This document shows, piece by piece, positions 15,226 through 22,357 of a DNA stretch of 32,000 nucleotides. The DNA is from Cupriavidus necator (lineage in GTDB: Bacteria; Pseudomonadota; Gammaproteobacteria; Burkholderiales; Burkholderiaceae). The notes below the pieces were generated by a model, which saw only the letters and a program-made list of their open reading frames with translations, did not search any database and was not told the DNA's origin. A program made the position numbers and the translations under genes. The DNA lies in NCBI RefSeq assembly GCF_016127575.1, contig NZ_CP066019.1, forward strand, positions 2,700,001-2,732,000, given 5' to 3'. Numbering within the stretch: position 1 is the stretch's first letter; each line of letters begins with the position of its first letter.

Positions 15226-15915
15226 ATGGATTACACCCCGGGCATCAGCCACCTCGCCGCCCTGCTCGCCGATCCCGGCCGCGCGGCCATGCTGTGGGCG
15301 CTGATGGACGGCAGCGCCCGGCCCGCCGGCGAGCTGGCGCTGATCGCCGGGCTGTCGGCCTCCTCCACCAGCGGCCACCTGGCCCGCTTGACCGAAGGCG
15401 GGCTGCTGGTGGCCGAGACGCGCGGGCGCAACCGCTACTACCGCCTGGCCGCGCCGGAGATCGGCGTGGCGATCGAGGCGCTGGCGTCGGCGTCGCTGGC
15501 CAGCCAGCCGCCGCGGCTGCGCGACGTGCCGGCATCGCGCACCGCGCCACCGGCGCTGCGCCAGGCGCGCACCTGCTATGACCACCTGGCGGGCGAGCTG
15601 GCCGTGGGCCTGTTCGAGCGGATGACGCATTCGGGCTGGCTGATGCTGGACGGACAGCGCGTAGACCTGAGCGGCGACGGCGCGCAGGCGCTGGCGGGGC
15701 TGGGTGTCGACGTGGAGGCGGCGCGGCGCAAGCGGCGCCAGTTTGCCTGCACCTGCCCGGACTGGAGCGAGCGCAAGCCGCACCTGGGCGGCGCGCTTGG
15801 CGCGGCGCTGTTGGGCAGCCTGCTGTCGCGCGGCTGGGTCGAGCCTACGCGCACCTCGCGCGCGTTGCGCGTGACACCGGCGGGCCAACGCGAGATCATT
15901 CGCATCGCGGCCTAG
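15226..15915 (+). CDS. ArsR/SmtB-like winged-helix regulator with a C-terminal Cys/His-containing extension
   Basis: The N-terminal wHTH reads LLADPGRAAMLWALMDGSARPAGELALIAGLSASSTSGHLARLTEGGLLVAETRGRNRYYRL. The C-terminal half carries RTCYDHLAGELAVGL and FACTCPDWSERKPHLGG, motifs I recall from a widespread ~230-aa ArsR-like family. ATG 15226 is preceded by GGAG. Confidence 0.75.
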   Translation: MDYTPGISHLAALLADPGRAAMLWALMDGSARPAGELALIAGLSASSTSGHLARLTEGGLLVAETRGRNRYYRLAAPEIGVAIEALASASLASQPPRLRDVPASRTAPPALRQARTCYDHLAGELAVGLFERMTHSGWLMLDGQRVDLSGDGAQALAGLGVDVEAARRKRRQFACTCPDWSERKPHLGGALGAALLGSLLSRGWVEPTRTSRALRVTPAGQREIIRIAA

Positions 15916-15946
15916 GAGACCGCAGCAAGCAACAGGAGAAAACAAG

Positions 15947-16453
15947 ATGGCCACACCCCTGGACGACGACACGCAGGACGCGATTGCGCGTTTCTTCGCC
16001 CTGATCAACCTTGGCGACAGCGCGCAGACCTCGGCGCAGCTGTCGATGTTTGAAGATGCCCTGCTCGATGCCGAGGACGATGACACCGATGGCCAGGAAC
16101 TGCTGTGGGTGATCCGTGAGGTCATCGACTGGCAGTCCGGGTTCTTTGTCGACTGGAAGGATGCCCAGTCCTTTATCGGCTGCCTGAACCAGTTGTGCGA
16201 ACGGATCGACCTGGAGATCGACTGGGGCAGCGACGACCCCGAGGAAGAAGCCTTCCTGGAGACCACCAGCGTGCCGGAACTGATGGAGCTGGCGCACAAC
16301 CAATTGCGCGTGGCCGGCTATACGCTGTGGAACTGGGATACCGGCGGCGACGCCTACGGCGGCTGGATCACGCGCAGCGAGGACGACGAGGAGATGCTGG
16401 ATCTTGCCGAAGTGCTGCACTTTGACGTGCGGCCGGCCGAGCAGCCTTATTGA
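15947..16453 (+). CDS. Hyper-acidic, Trp-rich hypothetical protein (168 aa)
   Basis: AGGAGA lies 8 nt before the ATG, and the gene starts 31 nt after the ArsR-like gene, so co-transcription is likely. I count 41 Asp+Glu against 7 Lys+Arg, and 7 Trp including repeated (I/V)DW motifs. I recognise no catalytic motif. Confidence 0.65.
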   Translation: MATPLDDDTQDAIARFFALINLGDSAQTSAQLSMFEDALLDAEDDDTDGQELLWVIREVIDWQSGFFVDWKDAQSFIGCLNQLCERIDLEIDWGSDDPEEEAFLETTSVPELMELAHNQLRVAGYTLWNWDTGGDAYGGWITRSEDDEEMLDLAEVLHFDVRPAEQPY

Positions 16454-16482
16454 CCGATGCCCGCAAGCGGAGGCCGCGGCAG

Positions 16483-17415
16483 CTAAGCGTTCTCCCTCCG
16501 CTTGCCGTACGGGCGCCGCGCCTCCGGCACCCCCAGCGTCTGCTCCAGCATGTCCAGCAGCACCCGCACGCTGGCCGGCATCAGCTTGCGCGCCGGCATC
16601 AGCACGTAGACCTTCAGCGGCGATGAGGCATAGCCCGGCAGCACCCGCACCAGTTGCCCCTGACCGACCGCATCCTGCACGAAGCGCGGCGACAGCCGCG
16701 TCACGCCCAGCCCGTCGAGCGCCGCCTTGAGCCGCAGCTCGGCGTTATGGGTGCAGATGCGCGGCTCGACATCCTGGCGTGCAATCTCCACGCCGTCGCG
16801 CAGGAACTCCCAGTGGCGGTCGTCGGCATTGCCCAGCGTGGGCCACCCCTGCAGGTCCTGCGGCGTGCGCGGCAGCCCGCGCGTCTTGATCAGTGCCGGC
16901 GCGGCATAGAAGGCGCGCTCAACCAGCACCACGCGCTTGCTGGCGAACGAGGTGTCGTGCAGCGCGGTGTCGGTCATCACGAACGCGAGGTCGTAGCCGT
17001 GGCGGATCAGGTCGGGCTGGTCCCAGCTGACATCGACCTGCACGCGCAGGCCGGGGTGGGCGCGCAGCACGCGCGTCAGGCTTTCGGACAGATGCTGGGA
17101 GCCGACTTCATAGGGGGTGGAGATGCGCAGCAGGCCGCTGACTTCGGCGCTGTCCGAGGTGGCCTCGGCACTGATTTCATGGAGTTCGGCGAACAGCGGC
17201 GCCACGCGCTCATACAGGCGCTGGCCGCGTTCGGTCACGCGCACGCGGCGCGTGGTGCGCTCGAACAGGCGGATGCCTAGCTGGCCTTCCAGCCGTGCCA
17301 CCGCGGCGCTGGCGGAAGATTTGGGTACCTCTGCCAGCTCGGCCCCCTGGGTGAAGCCGCCGCCTTCCACCACGCGGCAAAAAATCTCCCAGTCCTTCCA
17401 TTCGATTGTCTTCAT
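16483..17415 (-). CDS. LysR-family transcriptional regulator
   Basis: MKTIEWKDWEIFCRVVEGGGFTQGAELAEVPKSSASAAVARLEGQLGIRLFERTTRRVRVTERG is a canonical LysR HTH, followed by a LysR substrate-binding domain. ATG 17415 is preferred over the ORF-track start at 17466. Confidence 0.9.
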   Translation of the reverse strand: MKTIEWKDWEIFCRVVEGGGFTQGAELAEVPKSSASAAVARLEGQLGIRLFERTTRRVRVTERGQRLYERVAPLFAELHEISAEATSDSAEVSGLLRISTPYEVGSQHLSESLTRVLRAHPGLRVQVDVSWDQPDLIRHGYDLAFVMTDTALHDTSFASKRVVLVERAFYAAPALIKTRGLPRTPQDLQGWPTLGNADDRHWEFLRDGVEIARQDVEPRICTHNAELRLKAALDGLGVTRLSPRFVQDAVGQGQLVRVLPGYASSPLKVYVLMPARKLMPASVRVLLDMLEQTLGVPEARRPYGKRRENA

Positions 17416-17449
17416 GCGGCGCCTCGTCATTGCGGTGCGCCGCGATTGT

Positions 17450-17477
17450 CCCACAGCGCGAACCATGGCGCTGTGGG
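17450..17477 (-). terminator. Hairpin between the ADH and LysR genes
   Basis: CCCACAGCGC (17450-17459) pairs with GCGCTGTGGG (17468-17477) in a 10-bp stem around an 8-nt loop. It lies 10 nt after the ADH stop. There is no U-tract. Confidence 0.4.
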
Positions 17478-17486
17478 CGGCGGCCC

Positions 17487-18572
17487 TTAATCGAACAGGA
17501 TCACCGAGCGCGCCAGCTCGCCGCGGCGCAGTTGGTCGAAGGCATCGTTGATGCGCTCCAGCGGCAGGCGCTGCGCGATCAGTTCGTCCAGGTGCAGGCG
17601 GCCGGCCATATAGAAGTCCACCATGCGCGGCATGTCCACCGGGAAGCGGTTGGAGCCCATCAGCGAGCCCTGGATGCGCTTCTCGCCCAGGAAATCGCTG
17701 CCCTTCAGTTCAATCTTGACGCCCGGCGCGATCATGCCGATGACCGTGGCGGTGCCGCCCCGGCGCAGCATGGCAAAGGCCTGCTCGGTGGTCTGCTTCA
17801 GGCCGATGGCCTCGAAGGCATGGTGCACGCCGCCGCCGGTGAGGGTGCGCACGGCATCCAGCACATCGGCATTGCCGGCGTCGATCACGTCGGTCGCGCC
17901 GAACCTGCGCGCCAGCTCCAGCTTGGCCGGCACGCGGTCGATGGCGATGATGCGCCCGGCACCGGCGATGGCGGCGCTGTTGACCGTGGCCAGCCCGATG
18001 CCGCCGCAGCCGATCACGGCAACGGTCTCGCCCGGCTGCACCTTCGCGGTATGGATCACCGCGCCCATGCCGGTGGTGACCGCGCAGCCGATCAGCGCGG
18101 CGCGGTCCAGCGGCATGTCGCGCCGTATTGCCACCAGCGCGTGCTCATGGATCAGCATCTGCTCGGCGAACGCCGACAGGTTCAGGAACTGGTTCATGGG
18201 CCCGCCCTGGCGGGCCATCAGGCGCGGCTCTTCGCCTTCGCGGCGGCGGGTATCGGGCTCAATGCACAGCGACAGGCGGCCGGTCAGGCAGTGTTCGCAA
18301 TGGCCGCAGTAGGCCGACAGGCAGGTGATCACGTGGTCACCGGGCTTGACCGTGCGCACTTCGGCGCCGACCTGCTCGACCACACCCGCGGCCTCGTGGC
18401 CCAGGATTGCCGGCATCGGGTACGGGTAGGCACCGTCCAGGAAATGCAGGTCCGAGTGGCACACGCCCACGGCGGCGGTGCGCACCAGCACCTCGCGCGG
18501 GCCGGGCTTGCCGATGGCAACGTCTTCGATAATCAGCGGGGTCTTGGGTTGATACAGGACAGCGGCCTTCAT
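17487..18572 (-). CDS. Zinc-dependent alcohol dehydrogenase (MDR superfamily, class-III-like)
   Basis: Catalytic Zn ligand context is GVCHSDLH...GHEAAGVV. The structural Zn cluster is CGHCEHCLTGRLSLC. The Rossmann motif is VIGCGGIGL. Confidence 0.9.
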   Translation of the reverse strand: MKAAVLYQPKTPLIIEDVAIGKPGPREVLVRTAAVGVCHSDLHFLDGAYPYPMPAILGHEAAGVVEQVGAEVRTVKPGDHVITCLSAYCGHCEHCLTGRLSLCIEPDTRRREGEEPRLMARQGGPMNQFLNLSAFAEQMLIHEHALVAIRRDMPLDRAALIGCAVTTGMGAVIHTAKVQPGETVAVIGCGGIGLATVNSAAIAGAGRIIAIDRVPAKLELARRFGATDVIDAGNADVLDAVRTLTGGGVHHAFEAIGLKQTTEQAFAMLRRGGTATVIGMIAPGVKIELKGSDFLGEKRIQGSLMGSNRFPVDMPRMVDFYMAGRLHLDELIAQRLPLERINDAFDQLRRGELARSVILFD

Positions 18573-18660
18573 GAAGCTCCTTTGCGGCAGGCAACGAAGC
18601 GGAAAACCATACGCCCAAACCCGGGTTCAGGAAAGGCGCGGTGCAGCACCGCAGCCAGGC

Positions 18661-20331
18661 TTATAGCTCTTCCTTGATCGGGAGCACGCGCAGCACGCCG
18701 ATGCCCAGATGCTGCAGCGGACCCATGCCGGGTTCGCTGTCATAGACCATGAGCTGCCCCTTCTCGCGCGTGGTCCAGGTCAGGCGCCGGTTGCCGCCGT
18801 CGCCATCGGTCTGCATGCCGACGCGATAGGCCATGTCGAGCAGCCCGTGCTCGGTGGACTTGATCATGCGCTCGGCCAGCGCCGGGCTGTCCAGCACGAC
18901 GCCCATCTCGGTATTGAGCTTGGCCGAGCGCGGGTCCATGTTGAGCGAGCCGATGAATACCAGGTGCCGGTCGACGATGTAGTTCTTGGCATGCAGGCTG
19001 GCGCGGCTGGACGACAGCCATGAGCGCGAGCGCGAACCGCGCGCGGCCTTGCCGCTGCTTGCCAGTTCGGCGTAGGCGCTGGGCTTGAGCTCGTACAGCT
19101 CGACGCCCGCGGCCACCAGCGCCAGCCGGTGCGGGGCGTAGCCGGCATGCACCGGGCTGACATCGGTGGCGGCAAACGAGTTGGTCAGGATGCGCACGCG
19201 GATGCCGCGCTTTGCCAGGGCGATCAGCCAGGCCTCGCCATCGTCGTCCGGCACGAAGTACGGCGAGATCAGCAGCACTTCCTTCTGCGCGCCGTTGATC
19301 ATTTTCTCGAGCCGGGCGGTGGCGTGCCCGGGGTCGTCGTCGGTCTGGTGCGTAATCTTGGCGGCCTTGTCGGAGACCACGACAGCCTTGCCGCTGTAGG
19401 CAGGCATGCGGCCGCTCTCGATGCCCTTGGCCAGGCCGGACTCCAGCAATTCCTTCACGTAGGGGCTGGCGACGGCCTGGTCGCCGCGTGCTTCCAGGCC
19501 CTTGCGCAGGCTGCGCATCTCAACCGGCGCTTCCTTGCCTGCGGGGATCAGCGCCACCACCGGGTATGAGGACTGGTCGTTCCAGTATTCGTCGAACACC
19601 GCCGATACCTGCGGCACCGCCGGTCCGGCAATCAGCACATCGAGGTCGCTGAAGTCCATGTCGGCGCGCGCGGAGAAGTAGGCATCGCCGACATTGCGCC
19701 CGCCCAGCAGGGTCATCTGGTTGTCCACCGTCATCGACTTGTTGTGCATGCGCCGGTCCAGCCGCTTGAAGCCGGCCAGCATTTCCAGCCAGCGCACGCT
19801 GCGGTTGGCAAACGGATTGAACAGTCGCACCTCGATATTGGGATGCGAATCGATGGCCGACAGGATCTTGTCCATGCCACCGGTATGCAGGTCGTCGAGC
19901 AGCATGCGCACGCGCACGCCGCGGTCGGCCGCGTCGATGATGTCGCCCAGCACGGCGGCGCCGGTGCCGGTGGTCTCGAAGATATAGGTCTGCAGGTCCA
20001 GGCTGCGTTGCGCCGCACGCGCCATCGCCAGCCGCGCAGCGAGCGCGTCGGGCCCGGACTGCAGCGGATAGAACAGCGACTCGCCTGGGTGCTGCGCCAG
20101 GCGCGGCGCCAGCACCTTGCCCAGCGGGGTGTCGGCGGTACTGACCGGGGCGCTCGAGGGGGTGCGCTGCGCCGAGGCTGGCAGGCTGGCGCACCCTGCC
20201 AGCAACCCGGCCGCCAGCGCCGACCCGAGCATCGCCGCCGTCAGCCGGCGCAGGCCCCGGCTGGCGCCCGCGTGCCTCGCGGCACGGCTTGGCCGGGTAT
20301 CGAACGGAACATGACAGAGCGTCTGGAACAT
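18661..20331 (-). CDS. Phospholipase D family lipoprotein with two HKD motifs (cardiolipin-synthase-like fold)
   Basis: HKD motifs are HNKSMTVDNQMTLLGGRNVGD and LHAKNYIVDRHLVFIGSLNMD. The N-terminal lipobox is LLAGC, after RRLTAAMLGSALAAG. GGGAGA SD lies before ATG 20331. Confidence 0.85.
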   Translation of the reverse strand: MFQTLCHVPFDTRPSRAARHAGASRGLRRLTAAMLGSALAAGLLAGCASLPASAQRTPSSAPVSTADTPLGKVLAPRLAQHPGESLFYPLQSGPDALAARLAMARAAQRSLDLQTYIFETTGTGAAVLGDIIDAADRGVRVRMLLDDLHTGGMDKILSAIDSHPNIEVRLFNPFANRSVRWLEMLAGFKRLDRRMHNKSMTVDNQMTLLGGRNVGDAYFSARADMDFSDLDVLIAGPAVPQVSAVFDEYWNDQSSYPVVALIPAGKEAPVEMRSLRKGLEARGDQAVASPYVKELLESGLAKGIESGRMPAYSGKAVVVSDKAAKITHQTDDDPGHATARLEKMINGAQKEVLLISPYFVPDDDGEAWLIALAKRGIRVRILTNSFAATDVSPVHAGYAPHRLALVAAGVELYELKPSAYAELASSGKAARGSRSRSWLSSSRASLHAKNYIVDRHLVFIGSLNMDPRSAKLNTEMGVVLDSPALAERMIKSTEHGLLDMAYRVGMQTDGDGGNRRLTWTTREKGQLMVYDSEPGMGPLQHLGIGVLRVLPIKEEL

Positions 20332-20741
20332 CCGTGAGGTCTCCCTGCGGCGGGATGGGATGGGGCTGGCCCCGCGCGCCGGCCGGCATGCAGCGCCTGC
20401 TACCTCGCACGATATACCGCGCGCCGCTGCCGTGGCAGCGGTGCCATTCCTGTTCCGCGTCGGGTGTTTGTCCTACATCGCATGCACAGGCAATGCGGTC
20501 ACGCGGCCAATGCGGCACACCGGGCGGCGCGCGGCTCGCGCAGCGGCTTTCCCTGCACAACGATTTCTCTTATGATGCCGCCCAATATACCGGCCGGTAG
20601 AACCGGGAGGAGGCACTGGCGGCGGGCCGCCGCGACCCGTGCGGCTGGCGCTTCGGCGCAGCTTGCCGCCTCTCGGCGATGCCGGCATAGTTGCGCGCCT
20701 TCGCGACCTTTTGTCCTGGCGCGCGCCCAGACCGGATCCTG

Positions 20742-22277
20742 ATGTCAAGCCAACCTTCCCAGCCCACCTCTTCCGGCGCCCCCGCGCCGACGCTGCGCCG
20801 CACCCTGCGGGCACGCCATCTCACCATGATCGCCATCGGCGGCTCGATCGGCACGGGGCTGTTCGTGGCCTCGGGTGCCACCATCGCACAGGCCGGCCCC
20901 GGCGGCGCGCTGGCCGCCTATATCCTGATCGGGGCGATGGTCTATTTCCTGATGACCAGCCTGGGCGAGCTGGCGGCCTATATGCCGGTGTCGGGCTCGT
21001 TCGCCACCTATGGCGCGCGCTATGTCGATGAAGGCTTCGGCTTCGCGCTCGGCTGGAACTATTGGTACAACTGGGCGGTGACCATCGCGGTGGAACTGGC
21101 CGCGGCCCAGCTGGTGATGCAGTACTGGTTCCCCGACACGCCGGGCGTGCTGTGGAGCGCGCTGTTCCTGGGCCTGATGTTCCTGCTCAACGCGATCTCG
21201 GTGCGCGGCTTCGGCGAGGCCGAGTACTGGTGCGCGCTGGTCAAGGTGGTGACGGTGATCGCCTTTATCGGCATCGGCACGCTGATGATCTTCGGCATCC
21301 TGCGCGGCGACGTGTCGGCCTCCCACGGACTGGCCAACCTGACCACCGGCGACGCGCCCTTCGTCGGCGGCCTGCCGGCGCTGATCGGCGTGGCCATGAT
21401 CGCCGGCTTCTCGTTCCAGGGCACCGAGCTGATCGGCGTCGCCGCCGGCGAATCGGCCGATCCGGCCAAGAACATCCCGCGCGCGGTGCGCCAGGTGTTC
21501 TGGCGCATCCTGCTGTTCTATGTGCTGGCGATCCTGATCATCGGCATCCTGATCCCCTACACCGACCCGAACCTGCTCAAGAACGACGTGCAGACCGTGG
21601 GCGTCAGCCCGTTCACGCTGGTGTTCCGCCATGCGGGCCTGGCCTTTGCGGCAGGCGTGATGAACGCGGTGATCCTGACCGCGGTGCTGTCGGCCGGCAA
21701 TTCTGGCATGTATGCCTCCACCCGCATGCTGTACAACCTGGCCACCGAAGGCCGCGCGCCGCGCATCTTTGCGCAGCTCACGCGCAACGGCGTGCCGCTG
21801 ATGGCGCTGCTGGCCACTACCGCGGTGGGCGCGCTGTGCTTTCTCACCTCGTTGTTCGAAAGCAGGTCGGTCTACCTGTGGCTGCTGAACCTGTCCGGCA
21901 TGACCGGATTTATCGCGTGGCTGGGCATTGCGGTCAGCCATTACCGCTTCCGCAAGGGCTTTGTCGCGCAAGGGCTGGACCTGGACCGGCTGCCTTACCG
22001 CTCGCCGTTCTTCCCCTACGGGCCGATCTTCGCCTTTGCGCTGTGCCTGATCGTGACGCTTGGGCAGAACTACCAGGCTTTCACCAGCGGCAAGATCGAC
22101 TGGGTCAGCGTGGCCGCCACCTATATCGGCATCCCGATCTTCCTCCTGATCTGGCTGGGCTATCGCATTGCGCGCAAGACGCGCTTCGTGTCCTATGCCG
22201 AGATGCAATTCCCCGCCCTGCCGGCCAGACGCGATGCCGCCCCGGCGCGCGCCGCCGTGCCGGCAATCGGTGAATAA
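20742..22277 (+). CDS. lysP: Lysine-specific APC-family amino acid permease
   Basis: Near-colinear identity blocks with E. coli LysP as I remember it: ARHLTMIAIGGSIGTGLFVASGATI.QAGPGGAL, YFLMTSLGELAAYMPVSGSFATYG, GFGFALGWNYWYNWAVTIAV, FQGTELIG.AAGES.DPAKNIPRAVRQVFWRILLFYV. I chose ATG 20742. Confidence 0.9.
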   Translation: MSSQPSQPTSSGAPAPTLRRTLRARHLTMIAIGGSIGTGLFVASGATIAQAGPGGALAAYILIGAMVYFLMTSLGELAAYMPVSGSFATYGARYVDEGFGFALGWNYWYNWAVTIAVELAAAQLVMQYWFPDTPGVLWSALFLGLMFLLNAISVRGFGEAEYWCALVKVVTVIAFIGIGTLMIFGILRGDVSASHGLANLTTGDAPFVGGLPALIGVAMIAGFSFQGTELIGVAAGESADPAKNIPRAVRQVFWRILLFYVLAILIIGILIPYTDPNLLKNDVQTVGVSPFTLVFRHAGLAFAAGVMNAVILTAVLSAGNSGMYASTRMLYNLATEGRAPRIFAQLTRNGVPLMALLATTAVGALCFLTSLFESRSVYLWLLNLSGMTGFIAWLGIAVSHYRFRKGFVAQGLDLDRLPYRSPFFPYGPIFAFALCLIVTLGQNYQAFTSGKIDWVSVAATYIGIPIFLLIWLGYRIARKTRFVSYAEMQFPALPARRDAAPARAAVPAIGE

Positions 22278-22335
22278 GCGCCATTCCCGCGCGCTTCACA
22301 ACCAGCAGTACACAAGAGCAAGAAAGCACAAGCAC

Positions 22336-22350
22336 AACAACAACAAGGAG
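22336..22350 (+). promoter_or_regulatory. (ARN)4 tract AAC-AAC-AAC-AAG fused to the AAGGAG Shine-Dalgarno of the amidohydrolase gene
   Basis: A CA-rich leader, CACAAGAGCAAGAAAGCACAAGCACAACAACAACAAGGAG, lies directly upstream of TTG 22358. A-R-N repeats are the known Hfq distal-face binding pattern. Confidence 0.3.
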
Positions 22351-22357
22351 CATCGCT

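Noticed and set aside
15103-16420. 398-aa and 174-aa minus-strand ORFs spanning the ArsR-like and acidic-protein genes
   Set aside because: These are antisense shadows crossing an intergenic gap and two well-formed plus-strand genes with SD sequences. Their composition is dominated by R, A, Q and S.
17406-18677. 423-aa plus-strand ORF opposite the alcohol dehydrogenase
   Set aside because: Antisense shadow. The minus frame has unambiguous Zn-ADH motifs.
18709-20560. Several 100-346-aa alternate-frame ORFs within and beyond the PLD gene (for example 19520-20560 minus and 19744-20337 plus)
   Set aside because: They are Arg/Gly/Pro/Ala-rich with no start context. They overlap the HKD-motif frame, which is the only one with recognisable domains.
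20332-20741. Possible lysine (L-box), glycine or guanidine riboswitch upstream of lysP
   Set aside because: I could not find the conserved cores that I remember: AGAGGNGC...GGGGAG...CUGUCA for L-box, CACCGAAGGGGCAA-type for glycine, and GGUCCGAGAG for guanidine-I. I kept it only as an unexplained long intergenic region.
20745-22273. 487-aa minus ORF and 403-aa alternate plus-frame ORF across lysP
   Set aside because: Both are R/G/A/P-rich with no motifs. The 20742-22277 frame is almost colinear with LysP.
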